From Vicugna vicugna (lineage: Eukaryota): a stretch of DNA of 64,000 nt. Position numbers and translations under genes: made by a program. Location of the stretch: NCBI GenBank assembly GCA_013265495.1, contig MU058059.1:3883502-3947501 (forward strand), in the 5' to 3' direction. Under the pieces are notes generated by a model that was not told the origin of the DNA, did not search any database, and saw nothing but the letters and a program-made list of their open reading frames with translations. Below are positions 1 through 13,396 of this stretch, piece by piece; the stretch's first letter is position 1, and each line of letters begins with the position of its first letter.

Positions 1-3000
1 TTCTACTGGTAAAATTATACACACTTTCTCAAGTTAATACTTTAAACCTTATCCTTAACTTTTTCCATGAGACAAAACTAGCAAAGTTCAGTACTCCCTT
101 GAGGTTTTAAATTTAGCTTTATGTGGTGCATAGAAAGCAGTCTCTAACCAGCGGAGAGATCGTCTTCCGTTTGCCTGGCCTGTAGGAAGGGATCCAGCTC
201 CTTCCAGAGCTGAGGGCTCAACATTTTTGATCATTTCCCCATCACGCTACTATGTCCCTAATAAAACATACACAAAGACTATTTAAAAAGGATGAAAAGA
301 TGATAAACTAAACAGAATTTTGAACATAATTAATGACAGTATTTTTGCTTTGGGATAGACTGTGCTTCTTTGAAAATGTAGATAAGAATAAAAGTAAGAA
401 GAAATGCTGCTGTTTTCTTCCCGCCCCCACCAGCGGGGCTTGACGCATACCCTCTCCCAGCTGTGCTCACGCTGTGTGTCCGTCCTCCTGTCTCTGATCT
501 AGGGTCTGGACAGAGGCAAAAGCATCACCCTGTGGCAGGCTGTAAAAGCGACACATACCAGTTACTCCTGGAGAAAGGTGATGTTGGGAACTCCTCCCTC
601 TGTGTGTAACGGACCCGGGGCAGGGAAAGGGCCGCTGGCCTCTCAGGGACTCCCTGCCTGGGCTCCAACAGGAGCAGAAGTTCCACGAGCACCAGGAGGG
701 CACAGGGGCTTCTTGAAGCCTTGGCTGCACGCGGGGCTGGGGCCCAGGGATGCTCGTGCTGGAGCCGTGGGACCAGGACCACGTGCTCTGAGCTGGCCTC
801 CCAGCGACCAGACGCTCAGCCCGGCCTGGAGTGACAGCCCTCGGAGCTGTGGTTTTGAGCTGGTTCTCTGGGAACCTCTCCTCCCAACACCCAGTGGTGT
901 CATCTTGCATGTTCACCCTCACGAGGCTCTCTGTTCCCATCATGTGTTCCCTCCATGAGGAGACCACCCAGTTCTCCTTCTGCGCATCAGGGAAAGGGAG
1001 GCTGTTCCAAGTCGACTAACTGGCCAGAGCATCCAGAGCTCAGCCACCCGCAGCCCTCAAGCCCTCCTGCTCCCTGGATCCCACCTCGGTGCTGGCTTCT
1101 CCTGTTCCCGGGACAGAATCACAGCCCTGAGGAAGGTCCTGTGGACGGCCTGGAGCACCCCTCCCCAGAGAGAAAAGTCAAGGGCCCTGGGACGCCCATC
1201 CGGCCCGCCCGCCCCAAGTTTGTAGCTGCAGCGCTTGGTGATGGGGCCCTAGGAGAGCGTCGTGGTGTGGGTGGGGCCGCAGGGGCCATCCGTCATCACT
1301 TCAGGGGGGATGGGCAGCTGCTCCACAGCTGCTCTCAGGTGTGCACAGGCCAAAGCCAGGCGGCCTCAGCGGGGATGGGAGCCAGCCTCGCACACGATGT
1401 GTCCCCCTCAGCACTGAGGTCCCTAGAGATCAGCAGTCAGTCTCGCACCCTGACCAGACCCCACCACCTGACCCTGCGTGAACTCATTTTAACAGGGGAG
1501 TGGTTTTCCACTGCAGCATTCGGACCCCTCCTGCCTAAATGCTGGTGTGAGAAACAGCTGTCACTGGGGCCATTTTGGATCACGGTGGATGTGGCCACAA
1601 CCTTCCATGTAAAACCATCCTTAACTCCACACCTTAAGTAACAGAACAGAAACCAGTTTCCACCATGCAGGTCCATCCCAGGAGCTAGCAGCGGGGCATG
1701 GCCTCCAAGGCCAGTCCCGATCTGTGACTGATGCCAGCGGGCCGTCTTATCTCACCAACGTTCACCAGAAAACACTAGGAATTTGCCCACCAGGCCTGTG
1801 ATCATCAGCCTCCCCAGCAAGGCCAGCTCATGTCAGTGCTGCCTAATTCAGCGTGTCCTTTGTCATCTGTCTTGAGGCTGGGCGATGCCTCCATGGAGGT
1901 GGGACAACAGAAAACCAGGAAACTGAAGGCTCTTTCAGGGTAGACACACACCCCAGCCTCACCTCCCTGTCCCCTGCACTTGTCGAGAAGGTGGTGTGGT
2001 TCAGTTTTACAAAATCGTGTTGTCTAAGCTGGGGATACCGTCTGTACTTCCTAAAACGAGCTGGTCCTGCACTATGTGGTTTTAATATTTCCCCTCTTTG
2101 TCTGAATGTTTGTGTTAAAATGCTCACAGGAGATTGTCAGCTGGGCAGTCGTCACTGGGCCCAGCTCTGTTTTGTTCTCCCCCAGTTTGTGCATCTTACT
2201 GCGTGCCTTCTGTGAATGTGGCAGCAGACACCCCTCCCCCAACACACACCCTACACAGCTTGGTGGCTCAGGGCCGCCTGGAGATGGCTTCATTATGTAG
2301 TGAACAGTGCTGTTTAACACTGTGATTATTTTCCTTTCTGTCTATTTTCAGGCTGGTTTTTTAGCCATTTGGTATATTTTATGGTCTGTAAGTAAAACCA
2401 CAGCTCCCAAAAGCAAATGCATTAAAGCGGAACTATTTCATTTCTCCTTTGTACCAACTTCTGTGTCCACTTGAAACGAAATTCGTTACATTGAAGGTAC
2501 TGCATCTTGATATCACTAGAAGAAGTTGTTCTGCTTTGAAAGAAGATAAAGGGTGTTTTGAATAAACGTGGACGGCCCACCTCTCAGTGGGACTAAGAGA
2601 AACTTTTCTTTGTATTTCCTGTTTCTTAAGGAGTCACAAAGCTCGCTGCAGTCCCGGGAGATGTTTTTGGCTTTACTCTTTGTTCTCTGCCTTTTTACTA
2701 TTTATTTATTTTAACTTCAAAGAGTTTTCTATCCAAAAGGAATAGAAATTGGGAAAAATTACTTTGTAATGTGGGGTAGAAAATCTCTCTGCTTTTTACT
2801 TGCAGTAACGGCAAACGTCTCCCCGTCAGCACCTGTCAGACTCTGTCCTGTTTGTTTATTTACTTTCGCAGGTGCACTGATTTCCACAATAAGCTGTAAA
2901 TAAGTTCGTGGTAGCTGACGCTTATCACACCGAGCCCCAGCTATGGAAAGTAGACGACTTAACGTTTCCCTTAGGTAGCACTGAAATGGAATGCTTTTCT

Positions 3001-4999
3001 TGAGCCTCGGGCAGCCATTCCCATTCTAGTGTCGTTGACCGAGTCATAACACAAGGTGCGTCGGCATTTTCCCTTTGCATAAAATGTTCGGGGACAACAC
3101 AAAGGACCAGCAGTATATTCAGTTTTTGGGTTCTGGTCCAGCTCTTGAAATGCGTCAACTTCCTGTCTGTTAGAGGAGACCTCATGGGTGATGCCACGGG
3201 CCTGTAGAGGACAGGGACCAGGAATCCCAGACCCCTGCCTTGCTGATGATGGAAAAATTGCCCCCAGGAAGTGGAAGACGTGACGATCGTGACAAAGTGT
3301 GGACTGAGAAGCAGGCAGAGTTTTCGGTGACCACCCTGCCCGTCAGGCCTGTTCCCATGGAGGGCGTCCAGGCAGCCCCTTCCAGAGAGCCCTGCTGCCC
3401 GTGAGGGCCTGGCGGACGCCAGCTTCTGCCCCCTCCCACCCCCCGTGCAGCCATGCCTGCAGCCTCATGGTCCTCTTCCCCATCATCATGACAAACAAGT
3501 GAATAGAGCTTTGTCTTTCAAAAAGAATAAATAAGAATTAAATTAAAAGTAATCAAGGCGGACGTCCGCACCGGGATGATCTGAGCCGTGTCCCGCTTTT
3601 CCTCTGCTTTCACGTGGGAAAGGAAAGGGTTTGCAGCCTGATTCTTGGTCCAGACAATTTAGACACTGAATTTAAACTACATAAGGTGGAAAGCAGAACA
3701 GAGCCAGATAACATTCTCAAGTTAGAACAGAGCCAAGAGACAGCACTCCAGGGGCGTTACCGAGGTCTCCGCCCTCCACTGACGATAATACATAAATCCC
3801 CGGAGCCATCATGTGAATGAAAGAGAAATCTAGCTTCCCCGGAGTTCAGAGTCAATGCAGCAAAGCCAAGTGCCCGCCAGCCCCACTTCCACCCCGGCGC
3901 GGAGCGAACAGCCTCGTGCACACGAGAAGTGAGATGCCGCGCTTGGCGTGGGTGGGTGTGCCCCTGTGCTCCCAGCAGATCCCAGGAGCTCCACCTTTCC
4001 CGTTTCCGTGCAGCCCGGCTTCCACCTGCAATTTAAATGCTAACACTGTAGACTTGTTCTAAATGTTTTAGTGTGAGATCAAGTCTTGTGCGGAGGACGA
4101 AGAGCAAGGGCAAGGGTGTGGGGTCTTCGGGGAGGATGAGGAAGGAGGGACTCCCCATCAGAGGGGAGCTGAGCTGGGCAGCGCCAGAAGGAGCGGGGAG
4201 GGCGTCTGTGAGAATCCCTCCTCTCATCCTGAGGCTTGTCTGTGTTCTCGTGAAAACAGGGGTGCGCTTATGTAGGCAGTGCCTGTGACACAGTGGATGC
4301 TGAATAACTGCATGTTAATGAATAAACGCTGTAAAGTGGATACGCGTGGGCTCTCCCTTTGCCTGTCGGCTCTGTTCCCAGCAGTAGCCATGAGAGGAGC
4401 CCGGACGGGTCCTGGGCACAGTCGAGTGGATGCTCGTGGGAGGCTCTCTGAGATCAGAAGTGCATCCACCCGCACTCAGTCCCACTCACGGTGGGTCACA
4501 CTTATAACTGCAGAGATTTTAGCCTCCAGAAACAACCTCAAAGCTACACATTTGCAGTGTGTAGGTGTGTGTGCGGTGCATATGTGTGTTACCGTTTGCC
4601 TTGAAGAGGGCGGCAGAGAGATCAAAGGCCTGCTGCCTGTGGGACCACATGTGTCTCATTCGCGACTCACCTCCCATGCAGGGTGCATTCACAGCACAGG
4701 AGCGAATCCCCGGGTGCCAGGGGCAAACGACAGTGTGATGGCTGTCCTCCCGGGCGTCCGGCAGTGGCCACTTGTTTCCACGCCTGCTTCTCCCTTTGCA
4801 CTGCTGGCCCTCATTGCCAGGCTGACAGGTGTGCACGTACCCACCTTCCAGAAGAGCGCCCGTCTGTCCGAGGCTCCTGTTATCCAAGGCCCCGCTCTGC
4901 TTACGCCTCCCTGGCGAGGCTCTCCACCCCCTCCCTCGTTCTCTGCGTCACAAGTTGGGCCCAGCCCAACGTGTAGATGGGGGCACAGGACCGGAATCA

Positions 5000-5135
5000 G
5001 GAACGCCTGGACCTGAATCCCGGTTCTGCCTCGGAACCTGGGTAGTTAACCCCCGTGATTCTCGGTTTCTCAGTGGGTAAAATGGGGGTGGTAGCAGCTC
5101 ACCGCTACAGTGAAAAGGACTGGATGAGTTAACTC
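5000..5135 (+). mobile_element. MIR-like SINE remnant
   Basis: tgaatcccggttctgcc...ctcggtttctcagtgggtaaaatggggg resembles the MIR core; highly decayed. Confidence 0.55.
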
Positions 5136-8100
5136 AGGTGCAGCTTGGTGTTCAGAGGGACCTGAAGGACAAGGGACAAGGGCTGCTGTAACAGCTGCTT
5201 CTGTGTGCTGGGGTTCGCGGCTCCTCTGCTTCCATGCCCACGCCCACGCCCAGGCTCAGCCCTGCACACCTGCAGTGCTCCTGGGCAGGACATTTCTCGA
5301 TGGCTGGTGGATGAGTGTGAGAGAGGGGAAGGTCTCTGCAAGGTCTTGTGCAGATGATTGGGTCAAGATTTTAAGCCCGAGTTACTGAATTCAAGAATAG
5401 TATGTGGGGTCAGCCCTCTTCAAGTGCCCTTCAAGCAAGCTGTCCCACTTCCGAAACATGTCTGGTCTCATGAGGTCTGTCTGCTGCACTGACTTCCATG
5501 GAGTTGGTGGCAGCGTAGCAGCACGTGGGGCTGGGGATGCCTGAGTGTGATGCATGTGACACGTGGAACCAGCCGCTGCCCCTCTCTCGAGCTGCTGCTC
5601 AGTCTTGACACGCTGTGTATTTCCAATTATGCGACCGCAAGAAAACGTCTCTGTTTCATCCTGCATCAGAACCCTGGAAAGATGGGTCCGAGGACCCGGG
5701 AGGCACGGGGAATGCATGCTGAAGTCCAGCCCTCGCCACCTCTGCTCTGCAGCTCAGAGGGACTCTCCAGGAGTCATTGTCCCATGGTCACCCTGCTCCC
5801 TGCACAGAGGGCGCATCTCCCACCACGGAGACAAAAATAATCTTGAGCAAGAATCACTCACAACGTTAAAACCTGATGGAATGACTGTAAACCAGGAGCT
5901 TGTTGTCAGGTAGAGAATGTTAGATACAAGGACAGAAGACCCTACCAGATCTCCAGACCTGATGTGAGGAAGGAGAGCGTGAGCGGCACAGAAGAGATAT
6001 TTAAGAGGCATCCAAACTACACCTGACGGAACAGGCGTAAAGCCTCGCCAGTCCTGCTTCCCAGGCTCTGGATCATGACGAGCGAGGAAGCCGGTGCTGA
6101 AGCTCGAGGTGAGAATGAAGATGCTCTGGAGTGAGGTGGGGGGACCTGGAGCCGGTCCTGGCTCCAGCCCCCGTCCCCAGCTCGTGGGAAAGCCTGCCTT
6201 CAAGGGGCCTCGGTCTTCACGGTGCTCTGAACCCACGGCTCTTTGCCACCTGCCTCGGGGAACCACGGCCCCCCGGTTGAGAGGACACGCCCGGCGCTTC
6301 TCCCGTCTGCTCTGTGGTGTCTGTTGCACTTCTGATGGGGATCTGCCCAGCCCTCCAAGACGAGAGAGGTGACGCCTGGATGGATGCTGACAGCCCGGCC
6401 CCTGCATCGTCTCTGGAGCACCTGCAGACCCCTAGTGTGACGGCCGCTGCTCTGCCCCTCGGCCAGGCCACTCCCACAACAGAGGGTCATCCGGCCAGGG
6501 GGCCCAGGGAGCCCTCCTCAGGGCGGCGTCTGTCGTGCGGCTCCGGCCCGTGAGTGCTCGGCGCACCTGACCCACCTGCTTCCCTTGTGTCTGTTTCCTG
6601 CCTGATGCACCGCGGCAGTGGCCACGTTTCACGGGACTCAGTGGGTCCTTTGCAGGAGAAGATTTCGTTTCATCTACTTGATCAAGAGTCCGTGAGGAGC
6701 TACTAATGCAGGCGCTAGGCCGAAGCACAAGGAAAACCTAGAGACAAAATCAGAAAATACACTCCATACGCAGGTAGTTTTCCTAGGTGTTTATGGTTAA
6801 TTTATTTTCAGCGCCCTGCTGCTTTTGGAGTATTTGTGTCTGTTTATAGAAGTCTCCCTCTGGCTGTCTTCGTAAGAATAGAGGCAGCAAAGACACCAAA
6901 GTCTGTACAAGAAAATGAAATAGATTCTCAGTCGGGCCCGGATGTGCTCCGACGTGACTCAGGCACACGCTGTCAGGATGTCGGCGGGAGGTCTCAGCAC
7001 AGACACTGTAAACCTCTCCAGACCTCAGGTTCACATCCAAGTCAGCTCAGCCCTGGCCGTCCTCTGGCTTCCACAAAGCTGCACGGAGGTCAGAAGAGGC
7101 CAGCGTTTGAGCCTTGTGAGAGTTACCACGTGTCACACCAGAGAGGATATGAAGGGTCTCCGTGGACTTCCTGGTGCTGAGCTTGGTGGCCCAGAGGACC
7201 GTTTTATTTAAGCTCAGCTCTGCTTTGGAGGCCTGCATGGCAGGCAGAGGGAGCGGGACTGCACGGGGCCGGGCCTCCGCAGCCCGGTGCTCTCACATGC
7301 GCGGCCCTGACCAGCATCACATAGGCAAACGTGTTCTGAAAGGGCGGTGCTGGGACGTCTGGAGATCCTCGGCAGCGGGCAGCGTTTAGTGACTGCCTGC
7401 TCAACCCCTGCCCTCTTTTACAGATCGCTGTCGTCTCTTGTAAAAACTAAGCTGTTTGATATGTTACACATGCAGCAGTGAGCTGTGGGCCCAGCACCCG
7501 GATAACCCCTGCAGTAGATGTCCACACAGCCTGCCCAGCAGTCCCCCGGAGCGTGACGTCTCCAAACACATCCACATCAGCTTCCTGCTTCTGAGAGTAA
7601 AGGGCACTTACTGGTTTGGTTTTGGTACAGCTCACAGCTGGATGTGGCACCACTTCCTGGGAGTTAGAAGACCTGCTGATGCCACCCCTGCGAGGCTGCG
7701 TGACTTTGGGCAAACTGCTCACTCTCTGGCCTCGGTGTTCCCATCTGTGAAGACAGCTGAGGTATTTAAATCAAAGATAAACAACATTGAATGTGATGTT
7801 ATGCTGACATAACCAGATGGGAGAAGGCCACTCCCGACAGCCAGTTGAAATAAACCGTGTTTGGTTTCATGTAATCAGAACACACCTAGTGAACTGAAGA
7901 AATGAAGTTATGATACACATTTGGCATGTGATGAATTATATATACTAGGGGCAGTTTCACCCTTGTTAAGAATGTGAGGTCTGGTCTGCAGTCCTTGCTG
8001 TCTGTGGGCCCTTTTAAGGGTACACAGTTCCTGATGGTGGGCAGGTGCATGCCCGCATCACCCCATCGTACAGCCGCATAAGCAGCGCGCCCAAGGTCCT

Positions 8101-9646
8101 GTTGAAGGGTGGGGGGCCTGAGCCCGGTGGCTCTGACTCCCTCCCACGAGCACCGCCCTGCTTGTCAAGTGTGTCCGAGCGTCGCTGTGTGGACCCTAAC
8201 AACTTAGGGCGTGCTGGGGGGGGCCGGGGGTGGGGAGAAGCAGTGCTTTTGTGTCTTCCTGTTTCTGCAGTCGTGCGCTGTGGTGGCGGAGGGTGGCGTT
8301 GGCCTCATAAAGCCTCTTTCTTGATGCTCTGATCTTATCCTGCCTCGTCTGCCAGCCCAACAAATGCCCATTATGGAAAGACTTATGAAGGGGCTGGGGG
8401 AGGAGATGGAACATAATACCCAATTTTTCCCTGCCCTCGAAGAGCCAAGTAGTCCAGTTAAGCAGATAAAGCAGTTGGACACAGAAGGCAGGCACGACAA
8501 GGAAGGGTATTACAAGAGGCACATGAAAGTACAGACAAAAATGCCGCTGAGGTCGCCTGCTGCCTCCTGCCCCTGGGCGATCATATATTTTCTTTCACTG
8601 GGAAGGGTCCTTGGTCTTGTCACCCACTCCCCAGACAAACTTGTGATGCAGGGGAGGGGATGGTTAGGCTGCGTCATCTTCATCCATATCTGTCCCTGTT
8701 TTCAGATAAGTAACCACTCAGCAGTTGGTTCATACATGTTGGATGGACGGACGGATGGTGGAATGAATGGACGCTAAGTGCACATTTTAGTGGTTTTCTT
8801 TGATAACTACCATGAGTATAAAACAGATGTAACCTTTAATTTCTTAAGCTCAGAAAGCTGTGCCACTCAGACCTATACATTTAAACTGTGACTTATCTTC
8901 AGAATAGAGCTTGTTCTAATTAACGTGCATTAAAAATATAACCCAGAAGTCTATACCTTTCTAAAGATGCCTCAGGATAATTCTGTTAGGTCTGCCTTTG
9001 AGGAGGCTGTGTAGGATTTTAAAAACTTAATGTCTTTACTATTTACTGAAGTCCTGCTGTGGGCAAAATACTGGAAACACTGGCTTAGGTGCTGAAAGGG
9101 GTAGGGAGGTGACCCAGTACCACCTTGCTGTCCACAGGAGTCACCACAGTGTCATAGGCGTGGTGCTGACATCTAGCAAGTTTCGAGAAAAGTCTATTCC
9201 TGGTGACATTTCCCATCCTCTGAGGATGCAAAAGTAGGAAAATGCTTTCAAACCGTACTTGCGGCTGGACACCTTTTGGAACTGATGCTTTAACTCCTCT
9301 GACCCTTCTTAAAACTATCTTTTTCTTCAGTATTTGAAAGACCTGTGATCTGTGAAATTCCAAGTGACTTGTGGGATTGCACGCCTTGAGATCAATTCCA
9401 CAGAGACTGCAGCAGGAAACCACACGCAGCACGGGTTTTAAGGACTTTGGTCCTTGCGCCTCCCAGGGTCATGATGAAGCTGAGCTGTCGAGCGCTCTGG
9501 GCTCCCCAGACATTGAGACGCCCTCCCAAGAAAATCAGACCAAGGTGGCCGCCCAAGCTCTGTGTCAGCAGGTGCACCCCAGAAAGCTTGCTCATGATCC
9601 AGAGTGACTGGGGGGGGGCAAGGGCTGGTTCTCAAAGACTGAGCAA

Positions 9647-10412
9647 ATGCTGGAGAGGCTGTGGAGAAAGGGGAACCCTCCTACACTGCTGGTGGGAATG
9701 CAGTTGGTGCAGCCACTATGGAAAACAGTGTGGAGATTCCTCAAAAGACTAGGAATAGACTTACCATATGACCCAGGAATCCCACTCCTGGGCTTGTATC
9801 CAGAAGGAAATCTACTTCAGGATGACACCTGCACCCCAATGTTCATAGCAGCACTATTTACAATAGCCAAAACATGGAAACAGCCTAAATGTCCATCAAC
9901 AGGTGACTGGATAAAGAAGATGTGGTATATTTATACAATGGAATACTACTCAGCCATAAAAACCGACAACATAACGCCATTTGCAGCAACATGGATGCTC
10001 CTAGAGAATGTCATTCTAAGTGAAGTAAGCCAGAAAGAGAAAGAAAAATACCATATGAGATCGCTCATATGTGGAATCTAAAAAACAAAAACAAAAACAA
10101 ACAAACAAAAACAAAGCATAAATACAGGACAGAAATAGACTCATGGACAGAGAATACAGACTTGTGGTTACCAGGGGGGTAGAGGGTGGGAAGGGATAGA
10201 CTGGGATTTCAAAATTGTAGAATAGATAAACAAGATTACACTGTATAGCACAGGGAAATATACACAAAATGTTATGATAAATCACAGAGAAAAAAATGTG
10301 ACAATGAGTGTGTATATGTCCATGAATGACTGAAAAATTGTGCTGAACACTGGAATTTGACACAACATTGTAAAATGATTATAAATCAATAAAAAATGTT
10401 AAAAAAAAAGAA
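9647..10412 (+). mobile_element. Young 5'-truncated LINE-1 (ORF2 C-terminus, 3' UTR, A-rich tail) with 15-bp TSD
   Basis: ORF2 motifs [58 protein letters not shown] and an A-tail lie at about 10388-10409. The perfect direct repeat TCAAAGACTGAGCAA occurs at 9632-9646 and 10413-10427. Confidence 0.95.
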
Positions 10413-13080
10413 TCAAAGACTGAGCAATCACAGAGGCTCTTAGGAGCTGCAGCATTCATGGGAAAAGGCCACTTGGTAACCATGTGACCAGCCTTGCGAG
10501 CAGGTGGCTGAGCGATCATGGGCCCCCAGTGCGCCTCTCATTTGCTGTGCATCCGGGGATCTTCTTCCCCATCAATATGACAGAAGTTGTTTAATGAGTA
10601 GCTCCGAATAGCTTGTCAGCACTACTAAGGGCGTCTTATCAAGCTTACCCTGCCAGGGACTCTGCCGTCATGACCAGGACCTGCTTAAGGCCTGGTGCTT
10701 ACAAACGGTCAAGGGAAGTTGCTTGTGCTGGTTTCAGGGGCCAAATTCTGACTTGGAGCTCACTACCACCTTGTTACCTTCCTGGAAATGCCCTCCTCCC
10801 AATTCTGTTACTTAAAGCGTGTATCCACATATAATCACTCTAAGACAAATTTTAACTGTTTTCCCCCTACTATTCCCTTCTAAAGCAAAAGTAAAAAGTC
10901 ACGCAGAATGTGGGCCCTACAGCAAGGACAAGTCTCACCTTCTAGACAGGTGGCAGGCGGTGAGGGGATTTCTAGAAGTAGCGACTCTGGCTGGATGTTG
11001 AGGGTCAAGCATTTAAATCTATGACACCACATGTGGAAAAGAAACTGGCAGAACAAATTTCAGACTGGTGACATCATTCTTGCTCTGTTTCTACCACACC
11101 AGTAAAACCAGTTGGAAAAACAAAAAATGGAATCAACTTGGCTGTCACGATGACACCAACTGATGGCTGGCCTGTTGGCGTTCCTGTTTGTTTTTTTTTA
11201 AATAACAGGATCAAATCATTATTTAAGTAAATGCATTACCTAATTGTTGTGCTAATGTGTGATGAACGCCCTTCACATGTTTCAGTTAGGATCAGCCCAG
11301 GTGCTTGTATGTAAACACACCATCCCTAACACCCTCTCCTGTCATTTGCTTGTTTCAAATATTCCCCGATAGACTAACAGGCATCAAATGACTCAAGGCA
11401 CAGAAAAGCAGGACACCGCCCAGTGTGTGTTCTTGGTGACCAGGGTAACGTTCTGTTCAAGCAGCCAGATATGCTGTCCACACCATTGCCCATGGCTGAG
11501 CATTCATAAGGAAACCAAGTCCCAGCTTTAGACTCGACTGAACCTTGGGCAACATGCAGATCCCACAAGTCATCATCTGCTACCCAAAGCTGGTCACAGA
11601 GACAGGGAAGCCACTGGGGAGAGCCGGTCCAGTGAGGTGCTGCCCAGCAAGCCCACTTCAGACTCCCTCCTGCTCCCATGATTTATAACAGCAACCGTCC
11701 CTCCTTTCATGCACTGGAGTCTTTCATCTTCGAGATTTGCAAATACCAGCATGTAATCCTCACAACGTCCTTGTGAGGCAGGCATGTTACGATCCCTCCT
11801 GTTAAAGATGGAAAGATGATGATGGTGATAAAAATTAAAGCACATCAAACGGTCTCAGCACCATCACATCAAAAGACCTCTGGCTTTCCCCGGGGGGAAA
11901 AGTGGAAACTGCCGCACATATCCTGATCTGTTTTACTAGTCTGACACAGACGCTGAGGTCCAGCTCACTGTGGAAGTCTGCAGCACAAGGAGTTGAATTA
12001 TTACATTGTTCAAAGGGGCAGAAAACTCTCTTGGGAAGTCAGGCATTCTTTTTCAAGTGTTTTATTTGTGAAAAACAGCAGCAGAGTCCAGAACCGTTCT
12101 CCTGATTCCTTCTGGTCCCCGGCTGTGCCTCACCCAGAATGAGGAGGTGACATTCAGCCTCGGGGACTAACAGACATCCTCCTGGACCCCCGAGTGGCCA
12201 TGGAGGAGCCTGGAGAGACCTCCAGGCTCCCCAGAGAGCCCTGGGCACAGCAGCCTGCAGGGGAGCCGCTTTTACCGAAACCAGCGCCTGGAACGGAGTG
12301 GAAGCTGTGTCTTACGCCTTTGGGTCTTAAAAGCCCATGTAAAACTGAACATGCCCCTCTAAAGACCCACAGCCCATAAACAGAATTGGGACTGGGTGGG
12401 AGGAGGGATCAGGGAGGGGGACTGGCAGGGCGAAACTGCCGAGGTTTCTCCCGTGTTCCAACGAGTCCTTGACTCCTGGAAGGGGCGGTGAAGGGCTCCC
12501 GCACCGCGCCCTGCGCAAGCTGGGGCCTGTGGCGCGGCTCCTGCTCTCGGGGAGCCCGGCGCCAACGTGCGGCGGGGACTTTCGGTTGGGACGCGCGGCG
12601 CTGCAGCATCCCCACCCGGGGCCATTTCCCCCAACCCAAGGCCTTTCTGGAATCTCTCCCCGCCCTCCTTTCCCTCGTTCTCGCTTGCGCGCGGGCGCAC
12701 AGACGCGCCCCAACCTTTGCACTCGGACTTCGCTCCAGCCCCACTGGAGACCCCGGCCTTGCAGCGCCCCCATCCCTTTTGGAACACCTTTCGCAAGTGA
12801 TGAATCCACCCCTATGAATGGAGGGAAGGCAAGGGCCCAAGGGCTGCCCAGGGTGGACGCGGAGCACGTTTTCTTTTGGCGGCGGGGACCCGGCGGCCGA
12901 AGGCTGTGAGCCCCTTGCAGGAGGAGCTGCCCTAGGGTGGGCGGCCCGGGAGGAAGGCAGGAGAGGGACTGGAGCCGGTGGGGCCGGGCAGCCGCGGCGG
13001 GCGGAGGAGGGAGAGCGGGGCGGAGCAGGGGCTGCGGTGCCCGGCGCCCTTTCAAGTCCCCTGCCGGTCCCCGGAGGCGC

Positions 13081-13144
13081 CCCCGCCCCGCCCAGGCCCC
13101 GCCCCGCCCAGGCTCCGCCCCGCCCAGGCTCCGCCCCCCGCCCC
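13081..13144. repeat. 16-bp GC-box tandem repeat, about 4 units
   Basis: ccccgccccgcccagg x2 (13081-13112), ctccgccccgcccagg (13113-13128), and a degenerate ctccgccccccgcccc (13129-13144). Confidence 0.9.
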
Positions 13145-13396
13145 TTCCCGCGGCGGCGCCCTGGAAATATGAAGAGGGGCTGCGGTTGCGGCGGCGGCGA
13201 CCGAGCGGGGCGGGAGGCCGGGAGCCGTGGGGCCGGGCCGGGCATGGGGCGCGCCGCGGCCGCCTGGAGCGCTGGCCTGGCCCTGTCCCCGCGCCGCCGG
13301 GCCGCGCCGCCCGGGCTGCAGGCGGGCCTCGGGGAGTTGGGTCCCCGGACGGCGGGCGGTGCGGCTCGCGCGGGCAGCCCCCGAGGAGGCCTGGAG

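Noticed and set aside
9647..10081. 144-aa ORF as a host gene
   Set aside because: It is the L1 ORF2 C-terminus inside a TSD-flanked truncated insertion.
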